A DNA stretch of 56,367 nucleotides from a virus (Duplodnaviria; Caudoviricetes), in the IMG/VR virus record IMGVR_UViG_3300020204_000079, positions 1 to 56,367 of that record; one strand, written 5' to 3'. The notes under the pieces are model-generated. The model was not told the origin of the DNA. It did not search any database and saw only the letters and a list, made by a program, of their open reading frames with translations. The position numbers and the translations under genes are program-made. Positions 9,903 through 20,320 of this stretch are shown here, one piece after another (position 1 is the stretch's first letter; every line of letters starts with the position of its first letter).

Positions 9903-10581
9903 CATACTCATTCGGGCTGGAGACATTCTTCAGGACCAGACCAACGTCCGTTGGGTACAAGCCGAGTTGCTCCGCTATTTAAATGACGGGCGGCGTGAAC
10001 TTGCGATTCATCGACCTGATATTTATTCGTCTACCTTTGTACATACATTGATCGCCGGGTCTTATCAAAGCATCCCGACGGATGGAAATCGATTCTTAGA
10101 TGCGGTTCGCAACATATCCGCCACTAATGTGGTGGGTCGAGCAGTGCGTGTGGTTGAGAGAGAAATTCTCGATGCGCAATCTCCCGATTGGCATACTGAG
10201 GCTGCGTCTACTGCTATCAGGCACTTCATGTTTGATGAGCGCAGCCCGAAGACGTTTTATGTTTATCCGCCAGCGGCTGCTGGGCACAAGCTTGAGATCG
10301 TGTACTCAAGGTCTCCAGTAGATATTGCTACTTCAGACTTGTCATCGACATCAATCTTGGCGAGCGAAGACATTTATTCTGGTGTGCTGTTGGACTACAT
10401 ACTCTATCGCGCCTTCTCGAAGGACAGTGAATACGCGGGCAACATGCAGCGCGCCAGTCTTCATTACCAAATGTTTACCACTTCTCTTGGTATTGGCAAC
10501 CGTAAGCGTTACGCAACTTCGCCCAACACCGCCAACAACGATGGCGTTCCGTCTCGTGCTACCTCACTCGATACGGTTTAA
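9883..10581 (+). CDS. Head-tail adaptor-like virion protein
   Basis: LQD..NVRW...ELLRYLNDG, FYVYPP, LDYILYRAFSKD; start at MAQT after GGAG. Confidence 0.7.
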   Translation: MAQTPNDILIRAGDILQDQTNVRWVQAELLRYLNDGRRELAIHRPDIYSSTFVHTLIAGSYQSIPTDGNRFLDAVRNISATNVVGRAVRVVEREILDAQSPDWHTEAASTAIRHFMFDERSPKTFYVYPPAAAGHKLEIVYSRSPVDIATSDLSSTSILASEDIYSGVLLDYILYRAFSKDSEYAGNMQRASLHYQMFTTSLGIGNRKRYATSPNTANNDGVPSRATSLDTV

Positions 10582-10583
10582 TC

Positions 10584-11234
10584 ATGGCGACGATTAGCGA
10601 TTTTTATCCCTACATCTTTCCTGAAGTTCCTGGCTGTCCTGACTTCTCAGTAGATGTCGCGGTACGCGCTGCGTTGGTTGAGTTTTGTGAGAAGTCGCTG
10701 ATCATTCAGCGCGACCACGATCCAATCACCGTGGTCAAAGGAATCATTGATTACGACTTAGAGCCACCAAACAATCAGCTTGTTTCTAAGGTGATGAAGG
10801 CTTGGTACAAAAATGTTGAGCTAGAGGCGATTTCGCCTGACAACGTAGACCAGTCTTTAATCTATAACTCTATGTTCACCGGCGCGAGCGTTCCATATGC
10901 CGAACCTAGAGCGTATCTACAGAAGGATGAAAGGACTATAACCATTTATCCGTTCCCTAAAGACGCTGCTGCTAACGCGCTGACACTTCGGGTGGCGCTG
11001 AAGCCAACTCGTAAAGCAGACGTTGTAGAAGATGTCCTGTACGAAGACTATGCAGAAATCGTAGCCAATGGAGCCAAGGTGCGCTTGTTCAGCATGTCAG
11101 GCAAGAGTTGGACCAATGGACCCGCCGCGGCGTTTTCCCTGACTCGATTTAATGAGGGAATAAATCTGGCTCGAACAAGAGCCATGACTGGCGGCACCCG
11201 AGGCGAAGTTCGTGTACGGCTAACTGGAGTGTGA
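10584..11234 (+). CDS. Second adaptor / head-completion-like protein
   Basis: PEVPGCP..A..EFCEKS motif; position in the module. Confidence 0.65.
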   Translation: MATISDFYPYIFPEVPGCPDFSVDVAVRAALVEFCEKSLIIQRDHDPITVVKGIIDYDLEPPNNQLVSKVMKAWYKNVELEAISPDNVDQSLIYNSMFTGASVPYAEPRAYLQKDERTITIYPFPKDAAANALTLRVALKPTRKADVVEDVLYEDYAEIVANGAKVRLFSMSGKSWTNGPAAAFSLTRFNEGINLARTRAMTGGTRGEVRVRLTGV

Positions 11235-11238
11235 CGAT

Positions 11239-11529
11239 ATGGCTGAGTCAAAGAAAGACCCAAGGCTGGCTCGCGCTGGTGTTTCTGGATTTAATCAGCC
11301 CAAACGTACACCTGGTCACCCGACTAAGAGCCATGTTGTTGTTGCAAAAAGTGGGGATCAAGTTAAGACGATCCGGTTCGGGCAGCAGGGTGTGTCCGGT
11401 AGCCCAAAGAAGAGCGGTGAGTCTGACGCCTACCGCAACCGACGCGAATCATTTCAAGCTCGACATGCTTCAAATATTGCAAAGGGAAAACTAAGTGCTG
11501 CCTACTGGGCAAATAAAGTCAAGTGGTGA
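11239..11529 (+). CDS. Small basic conserved viral protein
   Basis: KSHVV.AK.GD.VK.IRFGQQG...RR.SF.ARH...AAYWA..VKW motif. Confidence 0.75.
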   Translation: MAESKKDPRLARAGVSGFNQPKRTPGHPTKSHVVVAKSGDQVKTIRFGQQGVSGSPKKSGESDAYRNRRESFQARHASNIAKGKLSAAYWANKVKW

Positions 11530-11532
11530 ATC

Positions 11533-11928
11533 ATGGCAACAAAAATTAAATTAGTTCAGGGCGACACCAAGCCACAAATCAAATGCGTGATCACCGATGA
11601 GAACACCGGCTCGATCATCAACCTTGCTGGCTCAACTGTTCTTCTGAAGTTTAGAGCCGCCGGTTCTTCAGCTATCTTGTTTAACCTCACAGGATTTCTT
11701 CAGGCTGGCTTAGAGGCTGCTGATGGCAGCATTACGCTGGCTGCGCCTGGGGAGCAATATGAAGTTGCCGGTAGTGGTGGTCGCGTAGCTTTTCAATTCA
11801 ACACCGGCAACCTGAACGTCGATCCAGGGTTGTATGAAGGCGAGATTGAAATTACTTTTACTGGACCCGCTGGGGGCGTACAAACTGTTTTTACACCCCT
11901 GAAGTTTCAAGTGAGAGCGCAGTTCTAA
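11533..11928 (+). CDS. BppU-N-like Ig-fold tail protein
   Basis: LVQGDT.P, NLAG.TV, G.YEGEIEITF, FQVR pattern. Confidence 0.65.
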   Translation: MATKIKLVQGDTKPQIKCVITDENTGSIINLAGSTVLLKFRAAGSSAILFNLTGFLQAGLEAADGSITLAAPGEQYEVAGSGGRVAFQFNTGNLNVDPGLYEGEIEITFTGPAGGVQTVFTPLKFQVRAQF

Positions 11929-13746
11929 ATGGCGCGCGACCCTAAAGCCCAGCGCCTGAAGGCTTTAGCGACTTACCAAGTTCTTAAAGCTCAGGCAAAA
12001 GCCGCTCTTGGTGAAGCTGCTGTCGCGCAGCAAAGCGTTATTGATGCAATTGCCAGGACTGCTGTACTTGCATCTGCAAGCAAGCAAAACGCAATAACAG
12101 CGTCAATAAAGTCAACGCTGCTTGAGGCGACAGCTGTTGAAACAGGGATGTTCTTTTTCCTGTTCCAGTTGGATGACCAGGCATTAACGTCGGACGCTCA
12201 GTTTCTGGACGTGTCGAAAGGAATTCTCGACAAGGAAGTTTTGGCTGTCGACCTTGCCTTGCGATCTTTTGGCAAGACCCTGGCGGATCAGTTCCTGATT
12301 TCTGACCAGTCGCTCAACTCTTTCGGCAAGAGCCTCAACGATCCCGTTGGAGCCTCTGAAGAATCCGTAACGGCTTTTTCCAAGCGATCTTTGGACATCG
12401 CAGCAACCAGCGACAACAGGCTGTTTGATGTTGCCAAACCTGTCGAGGATCAGTTTGATATTGCTGACTTAACCATCCTTGGGTTTGGAAAGCGCATTGA
12501 GAACTATTCTCAGGTCGTGGATGCTTTCGACAGGGTAGTGTCATACGTCCGGTTCTTTACAGATAGTGCTGATGCAACGGACGAAGTCAACGCTTTATTG
12601 TTGACCGACGACGGTCAGGTGATGGCGATTAACAAAGGTGTAATCGACTACACGTCGACGAGCGATGGGTTAATCACGTTTGCGCTGTCCAAGTCGTTAT
12701 CTGACCAGTCTCTGGCTACAGACTTAAAAGTTTTCAGCTTGGACAAGCCTTTTGCTGACTTGGCATCGACTAACGATCAGTCAGTGTCCAGCATCGAGAA
12801 GTCCCGCGACGATGTTTTTGTTGCCCAAGATCAGCGTCAGGCGTTTGTTGAGAAGTCCCTAACCGACTCAACGACAGCAACAGAATTACTGTTAAACAGC
12901 GTTGATAAGCTGTTGACGGAAAACGCCTCATTCGACGACAGTCAAGTTTTTGACTTTGATAGTCAACAATTTTCGGTTGCCCAGTCTTTAGACAGCACGG
13001 TACAACAGCTTGATAAACAGCTGTCCGATAGCGTTGACGCCACAGACGATATTAGCCACACGGTTGGAGCAGATGACCAGCAAGTTGCTGACTTCACAAA
13101 AGATCGGGCTGATCTGTTTTCCGCAAGTGACGTAGCGGTATCGGCGTTTAACAAACAGTCTTCAGACCTGGCTGTTTCTTCTGACAGCAAGTTTTACAAC
13201 CTGTCTACTGTTAAAACAGATACCGCCATATCTGTTGACTTTAGGTTCTACTTTTTGGCACGATTAGTCGTCGATCATCTTAACAGCCAAGATGTCAGAA
13301 CAAATAGTTTTACTAAGACAATTAACGATACCGTTTCAGTTTCTGATTCGGCTTTGCTTTCATCGATTCTGTCTCGGATCGATTCAATTTCAGCAACAGA
13401 TATTGTTGACGTTGTTCGGATTGCTGCTGGCGGTATTCCGGCTCAGTTCGAGAATCTTAGTATTGCTGATATTGCTGCCGTACTTGCGTTCAAAAATCTA
13501 TCAGAAACAATATCTACAACAGACGACTTTCTACAAGAAGCCAATGTTGATGATGATCAATTCAATGCCCTCGACAAGAACATTGTTGAGCTACTGAATG
13601 TAAGCGAGCAGCGCGCTGTTAGCTTGCAGCGCACCAATACGGAAACGTTTGGTGCAAATGACAGCGGACAGCTGTTCTTGACGGACTACTGTGATAGCAC
13701 TTACTTCACACAGTCCTATGTTGGAACCGAAAGAACCTTCACCTAA
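11929..13746 (+). CDS. Repetitive acidic virion/fibre protein
   Basis: Degenerate repeats of about 19-20 aa (K-x-L-x-D-x4-[ST]D); C-terminal YCDSTYF..YVG. Confidence 0.75.
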   Translation: MARDPKAQRLKALATYQVLKAQAKAALGEAAVAQQSVIDAIARTAVLASASKQNAITASIKSTLLEATAVETGMFFFLFQLDDQALTSDAQFLDVSKGILDKEVLAVDLALRSFGKTLADQFLISDQSLNSFGKSLNDPVGASEESVTAFSKRSLDIAATSDNRLFDVAKPVEDQFDIADLTILGFGKRIENYSQVVDAFDRVVSYVRFFTDSADATDEVNALLLTDDGQVMAINKGVIDYTSTSDGLITFALSKSLSDQSLATDLKVFSLDKPFADLASTNDQSVSSIEKSRDDVFVAQDQRQAFVEKSLTDSTTATELLLNSVDKLLTENASFDDSQVFDFDSQQFSVAQSLDSTVQQLDKQLSDSVDATDDISHTVGADDQQVADFTKDRADLFSASDVAVSAFNKQSSDLAVSSDSKFYNLSTVKTDTAISVDFRFYFLARLVVDHLNSQDVRTNSFTKTINDTVSVSDSALLSSILSRIDSISATDIVDVVRIAAGGIPAQFENLSIADIAAVLAFKNLSETISTTDDFLQEANVDDDQFNALDKNIVELLNVSEQRAVSLQRTNTETFGANDSGQLFLTDYCDSTYFTQSYVGTERTFT

Positions 13747-13757
13747 AGGAACCTTAA

Positions 13758-14207
13758 ATGCAAAATATTGAGAATCTCAAAATCACAGGCGCTCTTCGCG
13801 TCGTTGTGACTGGACCTGATGGTCAGGTTAAAGACCAGCGAGACCTAAAGAATCTGGTTGTCGATACAGGCTTGAATTTCATTGTCAAGCGCATGAAAGA
13901 TGCGGTGACTGATGTCATGTCACACATGAGCCTTGGCACTGGGACTACGGCTGCTGCTGCTGCCGACACCACCCTGGAAACAGAAATCGCTGGAAGCCGC
14001 GTAGTTCTGACTTCTACAACAGTGGTCGCAAATGCGATTACTTACATCGCCTCTTTTGCTGCTGGCGTTGGCACTGGTGCTGTAACTGAGTCCGGCATTT
14101 TCAACAACATTACTGGTGGAACGATGCTTTGCCGCACCGTGTTCCCAGTGGTGAACAAGCAGGCTGGTGACTCGATGACTGTTACTTGGACAATTACTGT
14201 TCAGTAA
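13758..14207 (+). CDS. Tail-fibre-associated structural protein
   Basis: NLVVDTG, GTGTTAAA.DT.L, TE.GIFN..GTMLCR..F.V.NK motifs. Confidence 0.75.
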   Translation: MQNIENLKITGALRVVVTGPDGQVKDQRDLKNLVVDTGLNFIVKRMKDAVTDVMSHMSLGTGTTAAAAADTTLETEIAGSRVVLTSTTVVANAITYIASFAAGVGTGAVTESGIFNNITGGTMLCRTVFPVVNKQAGDSMTVTWTITVQ

Positions 14208-14217
14208 GGGGTAAGTC

Positions 14218-14397
14218 ATGCCTGAAGCGCAAATTGTAACCAGGGTCACAGGGCAGACTGCTAAGGGATCGCCCCTCACGAATGTTGAGGTTGACGACAA
14301 CTTCATCAATTTGCGCGACCGCATTGAAGAAGCAAAATCTGAGGCACAGACTCAAGCAGAATCTGACGCCCTGGTTCTTGCGATTGCGTTGGGGTAA
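14218..14397 (+). CDS. Small tail-fibre-type protein, 59 aa (absent from the ORF track)
   Basis: Translated by hand: KGSPLTNVEVDDNFINL fibre N-terminal motif and C-terminal AIALG. Confidence 0.75.
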   Translation: MPEAQIVTRVTGQTAKGSPLTNVEVDDNFINLRDRIEEAKSEAQTQAESDALVLAIALG

Positions 14398-14400
14398 TTC

Positions 14401-14760
14401 ATGGCGGCTCAATTCATAAATGCAAGAGCGTCGGTTGACTCAACCAATACGACCATTTACAGCATCCCAGGCAATGGCGAGAAATCTATTGTTATTGGAT
14501 TGAATGTCTCCAATATTTTTGGATCAACACTTCCGGTCAGCATCAAGCACACGCAAGGCGGCGTGACTGTTTACGTTGCCAAAAACAAGCGCATTGCTTC
14601 TGGCAAGACTGAAGAGTTTATGAAGGGCAACAAGCTGGTTCTGCTTCCTGGCGACACAGTCACCGCTCAGGTTGAGGCTGATTACAGACTTAATGTTACC
14701 GATACGTCGGTCCCAAAAGCATTTGACGTGGTTGCATCAATCTTGAAAGGAGTGTCGTGA
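14401..14760 (+). CDS. Tail-fibre-associated protein
   Basis: IYSIP...IVIGLNVSN, GNKLVL.PGD pattern. Confidence 0.7.
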   Translation: MAAQFINARASVDSTNTTIYSIPGNGEKSIVIGLNVSNIFGSTLPVSIKHTQGGVTVYVAKNKRIASGKTEEFMKGNKLVLLPGDTVTAQVEADYRLNVTDTSVPKAFDVVASILKGVS

Positions 14761-14996
14761 TGGACGGCTTCTATGAAGGTGCGGACTTAGCAGATAAAAC
14801 ATTCTATGGTTTTCGTCTGGACCCTATCACAAGCGCTTTAAAGGTTGAGGTGATCGACCCCAATGACGGCAGTCCTGTTGAGTTGCCGTCAGAGAACATC
14901 ATTGACAGCAACGACTACAAAACTTGGGTGTGGAGCGAAAACACTATGCGCTTCATTTGGGGTAACAAAGGTCATCTACAGGTGAAATTTCTATGA
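14757..14996 (+). CDS. Hypothetical tail-module protein
   Basis: Overlapping start/stop with neighbours; FYGFR motif. Confidence 0.65.
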   Translation: MMDGFYEGADLADKTFYGFRLDPITSALKVEVIDPNDGSPVELPSENIIDSNDYKTWVWSENTMRFIWGNKGHLQVKFL

Positions 14997-17900
14997 CTCA
15001 ACTAATTGATCTCGGCAAGCTTCGGTTTCACTTCGCTGGTGACTGGAGCGCAACAACTCAGTATGAATTAAATGACATCGTTAAGTACGGTGGCAACGTC
15101 TACGTCTACACCTATGCACTGAAGCGCATCGGCGATCTGCCCACAGATACTAATTACTGGGCATTGATGGTTGAGGGCATCAAGTTCAAGGGTGCATTCA
15201 GCACCAGCATCGCATATAAGGTTGGTGATGGTGTTGCTCACGGCGGTAAGGTCTACATCGCTATCAAAGATGGCACTGGCTTCACCCCTCCAAACGCTAC
15301 TTATTGGTCACAGTTTGCTGACGGTATTCAATACGAGGGTGTGTACTCAAACACTGCTCAGTACCAGCGAAACGACATCGTGTCGTATGGCTCTTCTGGT
15401 TACATTGCTCTCCAGGATACAAGCGGTAACTTGCCAACTAATACAACCTTCTGGGCAAAACTTATTGAGGGTATTTCGGCAAGCGGCGCTTGGAATCCTG
15501 CAACGGCTTATGTGCCAAACGATCTTGTTGCTTACGGGGCGAATCAATACAAATCAGTTTCAAACAATACCAATCAACTACCGATTGACAGCGCTGGCAC
15601 TCTGAACAGCGCTCACTGGATTCTGTTGACTGAAAGCATTCGCAACCGAGGGGCTTGGGACACTGGTGTTGAATACTACATCAACGATGTAGTCTTTCAT
15701 GGCGGCACTTCTTATATCTGTGTTGTGCGCCATGCCTCAACAGATTTTGAAACTAACTTAGTTACGAACGTCTATTGGACAAAGTACAACTCTGGCATTC
15801 GTTGGCGCGGCGCCTGGGCTGCAACTACGGTGTACTTCAGAGACGATGTTGTTAAGGATGCTGTTGGTTCAGCCTACATTGCAACGTCAGGTCATACTGC
15901 TGGCGCGAATTTCCAGACTGATTACACCACGGGTAAGTGGCAGCAGTTTGTGGTTGGCGGTACAGATATTTATCCCCCAATACTTGCTACCGATACTGGT
16001 CAGTCTCTTACGGTCAAAGACGATGGTGCATCGTTTGACTGGATTGGCGCGACTCAATCAATAAATGTTTTTTATGTAGCTCCACATGGGGTTGACCAAG
16101 TACATTCTGGCAAGAATCTTTCTGCTCCGTTTGCCTCGATTAAATACGCTTGTAGTCAAGCTCCTGCTGGATCAACTATTTTTGTCAAGACCGGCACATA
16201 CCTTGAGCAGCTTCCGATTGTTGTCCCTGTCAATGTAGCTATTGTCGGCGATAACCAGCGCACCGTAATCGTGCAACCGGCAACCGGCTTGAGCGATGAT
16301 GGTGTCACGCCGAACAATGAGTCAACGATGTTCAGAATGAGCAATGGCTCTATCCTGAACAAGATGACGTTCGTCGGCATGACTGGTTGGGTTGCCGGTA
16401 CAACTACGGAAGACATCACAACCTCGACGATCAAGGGCGTGGTTGTTGGGTTTAACCCCGCCAGCCCCGTAACAACAAAGTCGCCATATGTGCTGGAGTG
16501 TTCTGCAATCTGCACAGGCGCTATTGGTGCGCTAGTTGATGGCACGATTCACAGTACTGGCGCAAAGTCGATGATCTTCCACGGCTATACCGTGATCAGC
16601 GACAACGGTGTCGGCTACTGGGTCAAGGACGGCGGCAAGGCTGAAATTGTTTCTTGCTTTACTTACTACTGTTACTTTGGCTACGCCTCAACTGGCGGCG
16701 GTCACATCCGCGCACTCAATGGCAACAACAGCTACGGAACATGGGGAGCCATTTCTCGCGGTTTCGATGTAACAGAGTCGCCGGTCACAGGCACATTGGT
16801 TGGTCGGGTGCTGCCGTTTACCTATACTGGAGGAACGATCAATGTAGGCGACACGGTGACTTCAGACGGTGGCGCTACTGCCATCGTCACTAATGTCCAG
16901 TACTCCGGAGACAAGGTATACGTTAAGGACATTACCGGCACCTTCGTAACCAACCAGACGCTGACATTTAGCGGTGGAGGCACTGGCACGGTAAAGTCCT
17001 CTGTTGAGGATCAAAAAGGTTTTGTGCTGGTTGCGACCGGGTTCAGCGCCTTACCCAAACCCGGCGCAAGCATCTCGCTTGCTGACGACACCTATTCGTA
17101 TGTGGTGCAAAGTACGACCGGCACATGGACAAGTTCAGCGAGCGAAATTACGCTGCTGCTGGCGCAGGAAAAGCCTACAGGCTCAGCTGCCGGAACAGCG
17201 GTGGTCATCAGGTATAAGTATTCTCAGATTCGTCTTACTGGTCACGACTTCTTGTCTATTGGAACTGGCGGCTTTACAACCACCAACTACCCCGGAACGC
17301 CAACCCAGCCTGCTGCTCAAGGCAATGAGACGGACGAAGCATTCCCAGGTCGAGTTTATTATGTATCGACCGATCAGGATGGCAACTTTAGGGTTGGCGA
17401 ATACTTCCGAATTGATCAAGCAACCGGCAAGGCGACCCTGAACGCAAGTGCGTTTGACCTGTCAGGCTTGTCGTCTTTGCGCCTAGGCTCGATTGGTGCG
17501 CAGCTTGGCGAGACCATCAACGAGTTCTCCTCTGATGCAACTCTGTCTGGCAACAGCAATACTGCTGTTCCAACAGAGTACGCTGTTAAAACTTATGTTG
17601 ATAACAAATCAGGCTCTGGCAGTGGTGGCTTACTGTCTACTGATTCAACATTGCAAACTGGGGGTAGCGTTAAAGCACCAACGGTTACAGCTGCAAAAAC
17701 TTACATTGATGACGCAATCGCTAGTTCTGAAAAGAACTGGTCAATCAAAACCGCAGCCTACACAGTGGTTTCTGGAGACCGCCTTGCGCTCGACACAACA
17801 TCTGCTGCATTTAACGTAACTCTTCCGGCTAACCCGGGTGCCGGAGATTACGTTGAGTTCTTGGATGCTGCTGGCAAATTTGATGTCAACAAACCAACCA

Positions 17901-18016
17901 TTCTTAGAAATGGAAACTTAATTTTTGGTCAGGCTGATGACATGACTGTTGACATTAAAAATGCCGCATTTCGTCTTGTTTTTCTTAACACCACATTTGG
18001 TTGGAGGATCGTGTAA
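14993..18016 (+). CDS. Tail fibre / receptor-binding protein
   Basis: About 6 N-terminal G-x-W-x4-Y-x2-[NDG]D-x-V carbohydrate-binding-like repeats; beta-helix-like FYVAP.G.D...PFASIKYA...IFVKTGTY; C-terminal TLPA.P..GD fibre motif. Confidence 0.8.
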   Translation: MTQLIDLGKLRFHFAGDWSATTQYELNDIVKYGGNVYVYTYALKRIGDLPTDTNYWALMVEGIKFKGAFSTSIAYKVGDGVAHGGKVYIAIKDGTGFTPPNATYWSQFADGIQYEGVYSNTAQYQRNDIVSYGSSGYIALQDTSGNLPTNTTFWAKLIEGISASGAWNPATAYVPNDLVAYGANQYKSVSNNTNQLPIDSAGTLNSAHWILLTESIRNRGAWDTGVEYYINDVVFHGGTSYICVVRHASTDFETNLVTNVYWTKYNSGIRWRGAWAATTVYFRDDVVKDAVGSAYIATSGHTAGANFQTDYTTGKWQQFVVGGTDIYPPILATDTGQSLTVKDDGASFDWIGATQSINVFYVAPHGVDQVHSGKNLSAPFASIKYACSQAPAGSTIFVKTGTYLEQLPIVVPVNVAIVGDNQRTVIVQPATGLSDDGVTPNNESTMFRMSNGSILNKMTFVGMTGWVAGTTTEDITTSTIKGVVVGFNPASPVTTKSPYVLECSAICTGAIGALVDGTIHSTGAKSMIFHGYTVISDNGVGYWVKDGGKAEIVSCFTYYCYFGYASTGGGHIRALNGNNSYGTWGAISRGFDVTESPVTGTLVGRVLPFTYTGGTINVGDTVTSDGGATAIVTNVQYSGDKVYVKDITGTFVTNQTLTFSGGGTGTVKSSVEDQKGFVLVATGFSALPKPGASISLADDTYSYVVQSTTGTWTSSASEITLLLAQEKPTGSAAGTAVVIRYKYSQIRLTGHDFLSIGTGGFTTTNYPGTPTQPAAQGNETDEAFPGRVYYVSTDQDGNFRVGEYFRIDQATGKATLNASAFDLSGLSSLRLGSIGAQLGETINEFSSDATLSGNSNTAVPTEYAVKTYVDNKSGSGSGGLLSTDSTLQTGGSVKAPTVTAAKTYIDDAIASSEKNWSIKTAAYTVVSGDRLALDTTSAAFNVTLPANPGAGDYVEFLDAAGKFDVNKPTILRNGNLIFGQADDMTVDIKNAAFRLVFLNTTFGWRIV

Positions 18017-19278
18017 TGGCTTTCTTGCTCTCATCTCAACTTGGCGGCAGCACTGCTTCAGCTGACAAACGTATTTACAAAAACTATCAGGAGTATATTA
18101 CCCCCGGGTCTTATACCTTCACTGTACCGGCTGGCGTTTCGTCGGTTCGAGCAATAGTAATCGGCGCAGGCGGTAGCGGTGCCAACGGTGAATATAACAA
18201 TGGCGGGGGTGGCGGTGGGGGCTTCGCTATGGGCGTTTATGCCGTGACCCCTGGTCAAAGTATTACCGTTACCGTCGGAACGGGGGGACACAATAATACC
18301 TCCGGTACTGGATATAACAGCAGCGGTGGAACCGCGGGGACGGCTGGCGGTAGCTCCTCTTTCGGTGCTTTTTGCTCTGCCACCGGCGGCTCGGGCGGAC
18401 AAAATAACAGCGGTGGCACTCGCGTCAGCGGCGGCTCCGGCTCCGGCGGCACCATTATTAACAGTACCGGCGGTCAAGGCGGCGGTGGGCGCGGTTACGG
18501 CGGCTGTAACTGGTGCAGTCAAAGCGAGGGGTACGGCGGTGGTGGCGGTGGCGCCCCCGGAAACTTCAACGTCACTACTGGGTTCAGAGGCGGGGATGGC
18601 GGGCAGAAATCTTATGGCTGGTCTGGGTGCGGCGGAGGCGGCGGAGGCATTGGAGGCAATGGAGGGGATGGCGGCACCTGGCCTGACAGTAGCAGCAACA
18701 TACAGGGATTTGGCGCTGGCGGTGGCGGATATGGCGGTGCCGGACAAAACGGGCAATCGTCAACCACAGACCGCAACAACTTCGGCGGCGGCGGATTAAG
18801 TTCACTCAATGTACGCGCATTGGGCGCAAACAACAGCGATGCGTCTGGACCGGGTCAAGCTGCGGCTGCTATTGCTGACTTTGGCGGCGTTGCCGCTGCT
18901 GCTTATGTAGCGCTCCCTGCCGGTAGCGGTTCTAGCTTCACCGTTAGTGAACAGTCATTTGCAACCCCCAGACTGTTGAACGCTAATGAAGGCGGTGGCG
19001 GCGGCGGCGGTTCTTACAGCGGCACCCAGTCCTCTGGAACAGGTGGTGCTGGCGGTGCTGGCGGCGGTGGCGGCGGCGGTGCCTCCTATTCCACCAACAG
19101 CGGGTTTGGCGGTGCTGGCGGCTTTATGGGCGGTGGTGGCGGCGGCTACGGCTCCTCGGGGCGCGGCGCTCAAGGAGGCGCAGGCGGCGGTGGTGGCGGC
19201 AATGGCGGGGCTTACGCCTGGTACTACGCCGGTGGTGGTGGTGGCGGCAACGGCTATGTTGCAATCGAGTGGGCTTAA
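18016..19278 (+). CDS. Glycine-rich tail/fibre protein
   Basis: PGSYTFTVPAGV..IGAGG, poly-G tracts, C-terminal G.VAIEW. Confidence 0.8.
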   Translation: MAFLLSSQLGGSTASADKRIYKNYQEYITPGSYTFTVPAGVSSVRAIVIGAGGSGANGEYNNGGGGGGGFAMGVYAVTPGQSITVTVGTGGHNNTSGTGYNSSGGTAGTAGGSSSFGAFCSATGGSGGQNNSGGTRVSGGSGSGGTIINSTGGQGGGGRGYGGCNWCSQSEGYGGGGGGAPGNFNVTTGFRGGDGGQKSYGWSGCGGGGGGIGGNGGDGGTWPDSSSNIQGFGAGGGGYGGAGQNGQSSTTDRNNFGGGGLSSLNVRALGANNSDASGPGQAAAAIADFGGVAAAAYVALPAGSGSSFTVSEQSFATPRLLNANEGGGGGGGSYSGTQSSGTGGAGGAGGGGGGGASYSTNSGFGGAGGFMGGGGGGYGSSGRGAQGGAGGGGGGNGGAYAWYYAGGGGGGNGYVAIEWA

Positions 19279-19291
19279 TAAGGAGTAAGAA

Positions 19292-19588
19292 ATGAAAAAT
19301 TGGGCAAGAATTGAAAACGAAATTGTTTGTGAAACAACAAACATCGATCCTGTCGGTCGCTTCCACCCTTCTCTTGTTTGGACTAAGTGTCCCGCAGAAG
19401 TTCAGGGTGGCTGGACTCATAACAACGGCACTTTTACCGCACCGGCTCGGCATCAAACTACAGCGCAAGATTTAGCTCCGGGTCGAAATCTTGAGGGCTT
19501 GACTGCCGCCGAGATCGCGGCGTTCCAGGAACTGGCGGACATTCTTAACTCCAACGCTGACAGTTTGCGCGTAGCAATCGAGGCTTAA
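19292..19588 (+). CDS. Tail-fibre chaperone-like protein
   Basis: WARIEN..V, V.GGW....F.AP; follows the Gly-rich gene. Confidence 0.65.
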   Translation: MKNWARIENEIVCETTNIDPVGRFHPSLVWTKCPAEVQGGWTHNNGTFTAPARHQTTAQDLAPGRNLEGLTAAEIAAFQELADILNSNADSLRVAIEA

Positions 19589-19589
19589 T

Positions 19590-19775
19590 ATGAATCAAAA
19601 AACAAATACCCCAATCCTTGCACCGAAAGACGTGCGATCTGCAAGAAAGTCTGTTTGCGACTCTTGCGAGTTCAAGCACCAGACTGTCCCGGTTTGCACT
19701 CAATGCAAATGCGTAATCATTGCAAAGGTTATGCTTGCATCTGCCGAGTGTCCAAAGGATAAGTGGACCGCATGA
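19590..19775 (+). CDS. Small Cys-rich metal-binding protein
   Basis: CxxC-x7-CxxCxC...CP..KW. Confidence 0.7.
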   Translation: MNQKTNTPILAPKDVRSARKSVCDSCEFKHQTVPVCTQCKCVIIAKVMLASAECPKDKWTA

Positions 19776-20320
19776 GTTTGCGTGATGCCATTAAAGAGCA
19801 GCATGAGGAGGCTGAGCGCCATCCTCTGACGACTGTTATGATGGCTGGGTCTTTGACGCCGCAAGCTTATGCAGAACTTTTGGCAAACCAATTGATTGTT
19901 TATCAAGCAATTGAAAGCAGAGCTTCGTATTTTGGAATTTCTCAATCCCTGCCTGGGGTCGAGCGATCCGGCTTGATAATGGAAGACCTTATTGAGCTTT
20001 CAGATATGTGTGGCGGTCTTGAATTCTTTGCGTCCAAAGCAACCGCTACTCAACGAGAAAGAATCAATGATCTTGACGTTGATGGCGTAATTGCCAACAT
20101 GTATGTTCACCATATGGCTGACATGTACGGCGGTCAGATTCTGAAAAGCAAGTTGCCCGGGAAGTGTCGGCGTTATGACTTCGACGACAGAAGCGCTCTT
20201 GTTTCTGGTATTAGAGCAATGCTGAAAGATGAGATGGCTTCAGAGGCTAATCTTGCGTTTGAGTTCACCCTTCAGCTTTTTGACGATGTCGCAGACAAGC
20301 ACGGTCTTCTCGCAGCTTGA
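19772..20320 (+). CDS. hemO: Heme oxygenase
   Basis: Proximal His in EQHEEAE, YVHHMADMYGGQ distal helix, EANLAFE. Confidence 0.9.
   Translation: MSLRDAIKEQHEEAERHPLTTVMMAGSLTPQAYAELLANQLIVYQAIESRASYFGISQSLPGVERSGLIMEDLIELSDMCGGLEFFASKATATQRERINDLDVDGVIANMYVHHMADMYGGQILKSKLPGKCRRYDFDDRSALVSGIRAMLKDEMASEANLAFEFTLQLFDDVADKHGLLAA

Noticed and set aside
14993-19278. Diversity-generating retroelement acting on the fibre genes
   Set aside because: No reverse transcriptase and no template/variable repeat pair noticed
18058-19468. Long alternative-frame and antisense ORFs over the Gly-rich gene
   Set aside because: Shadow ORFs of GGC/GGT repeats; Ala- or Pro-rich with no RBS
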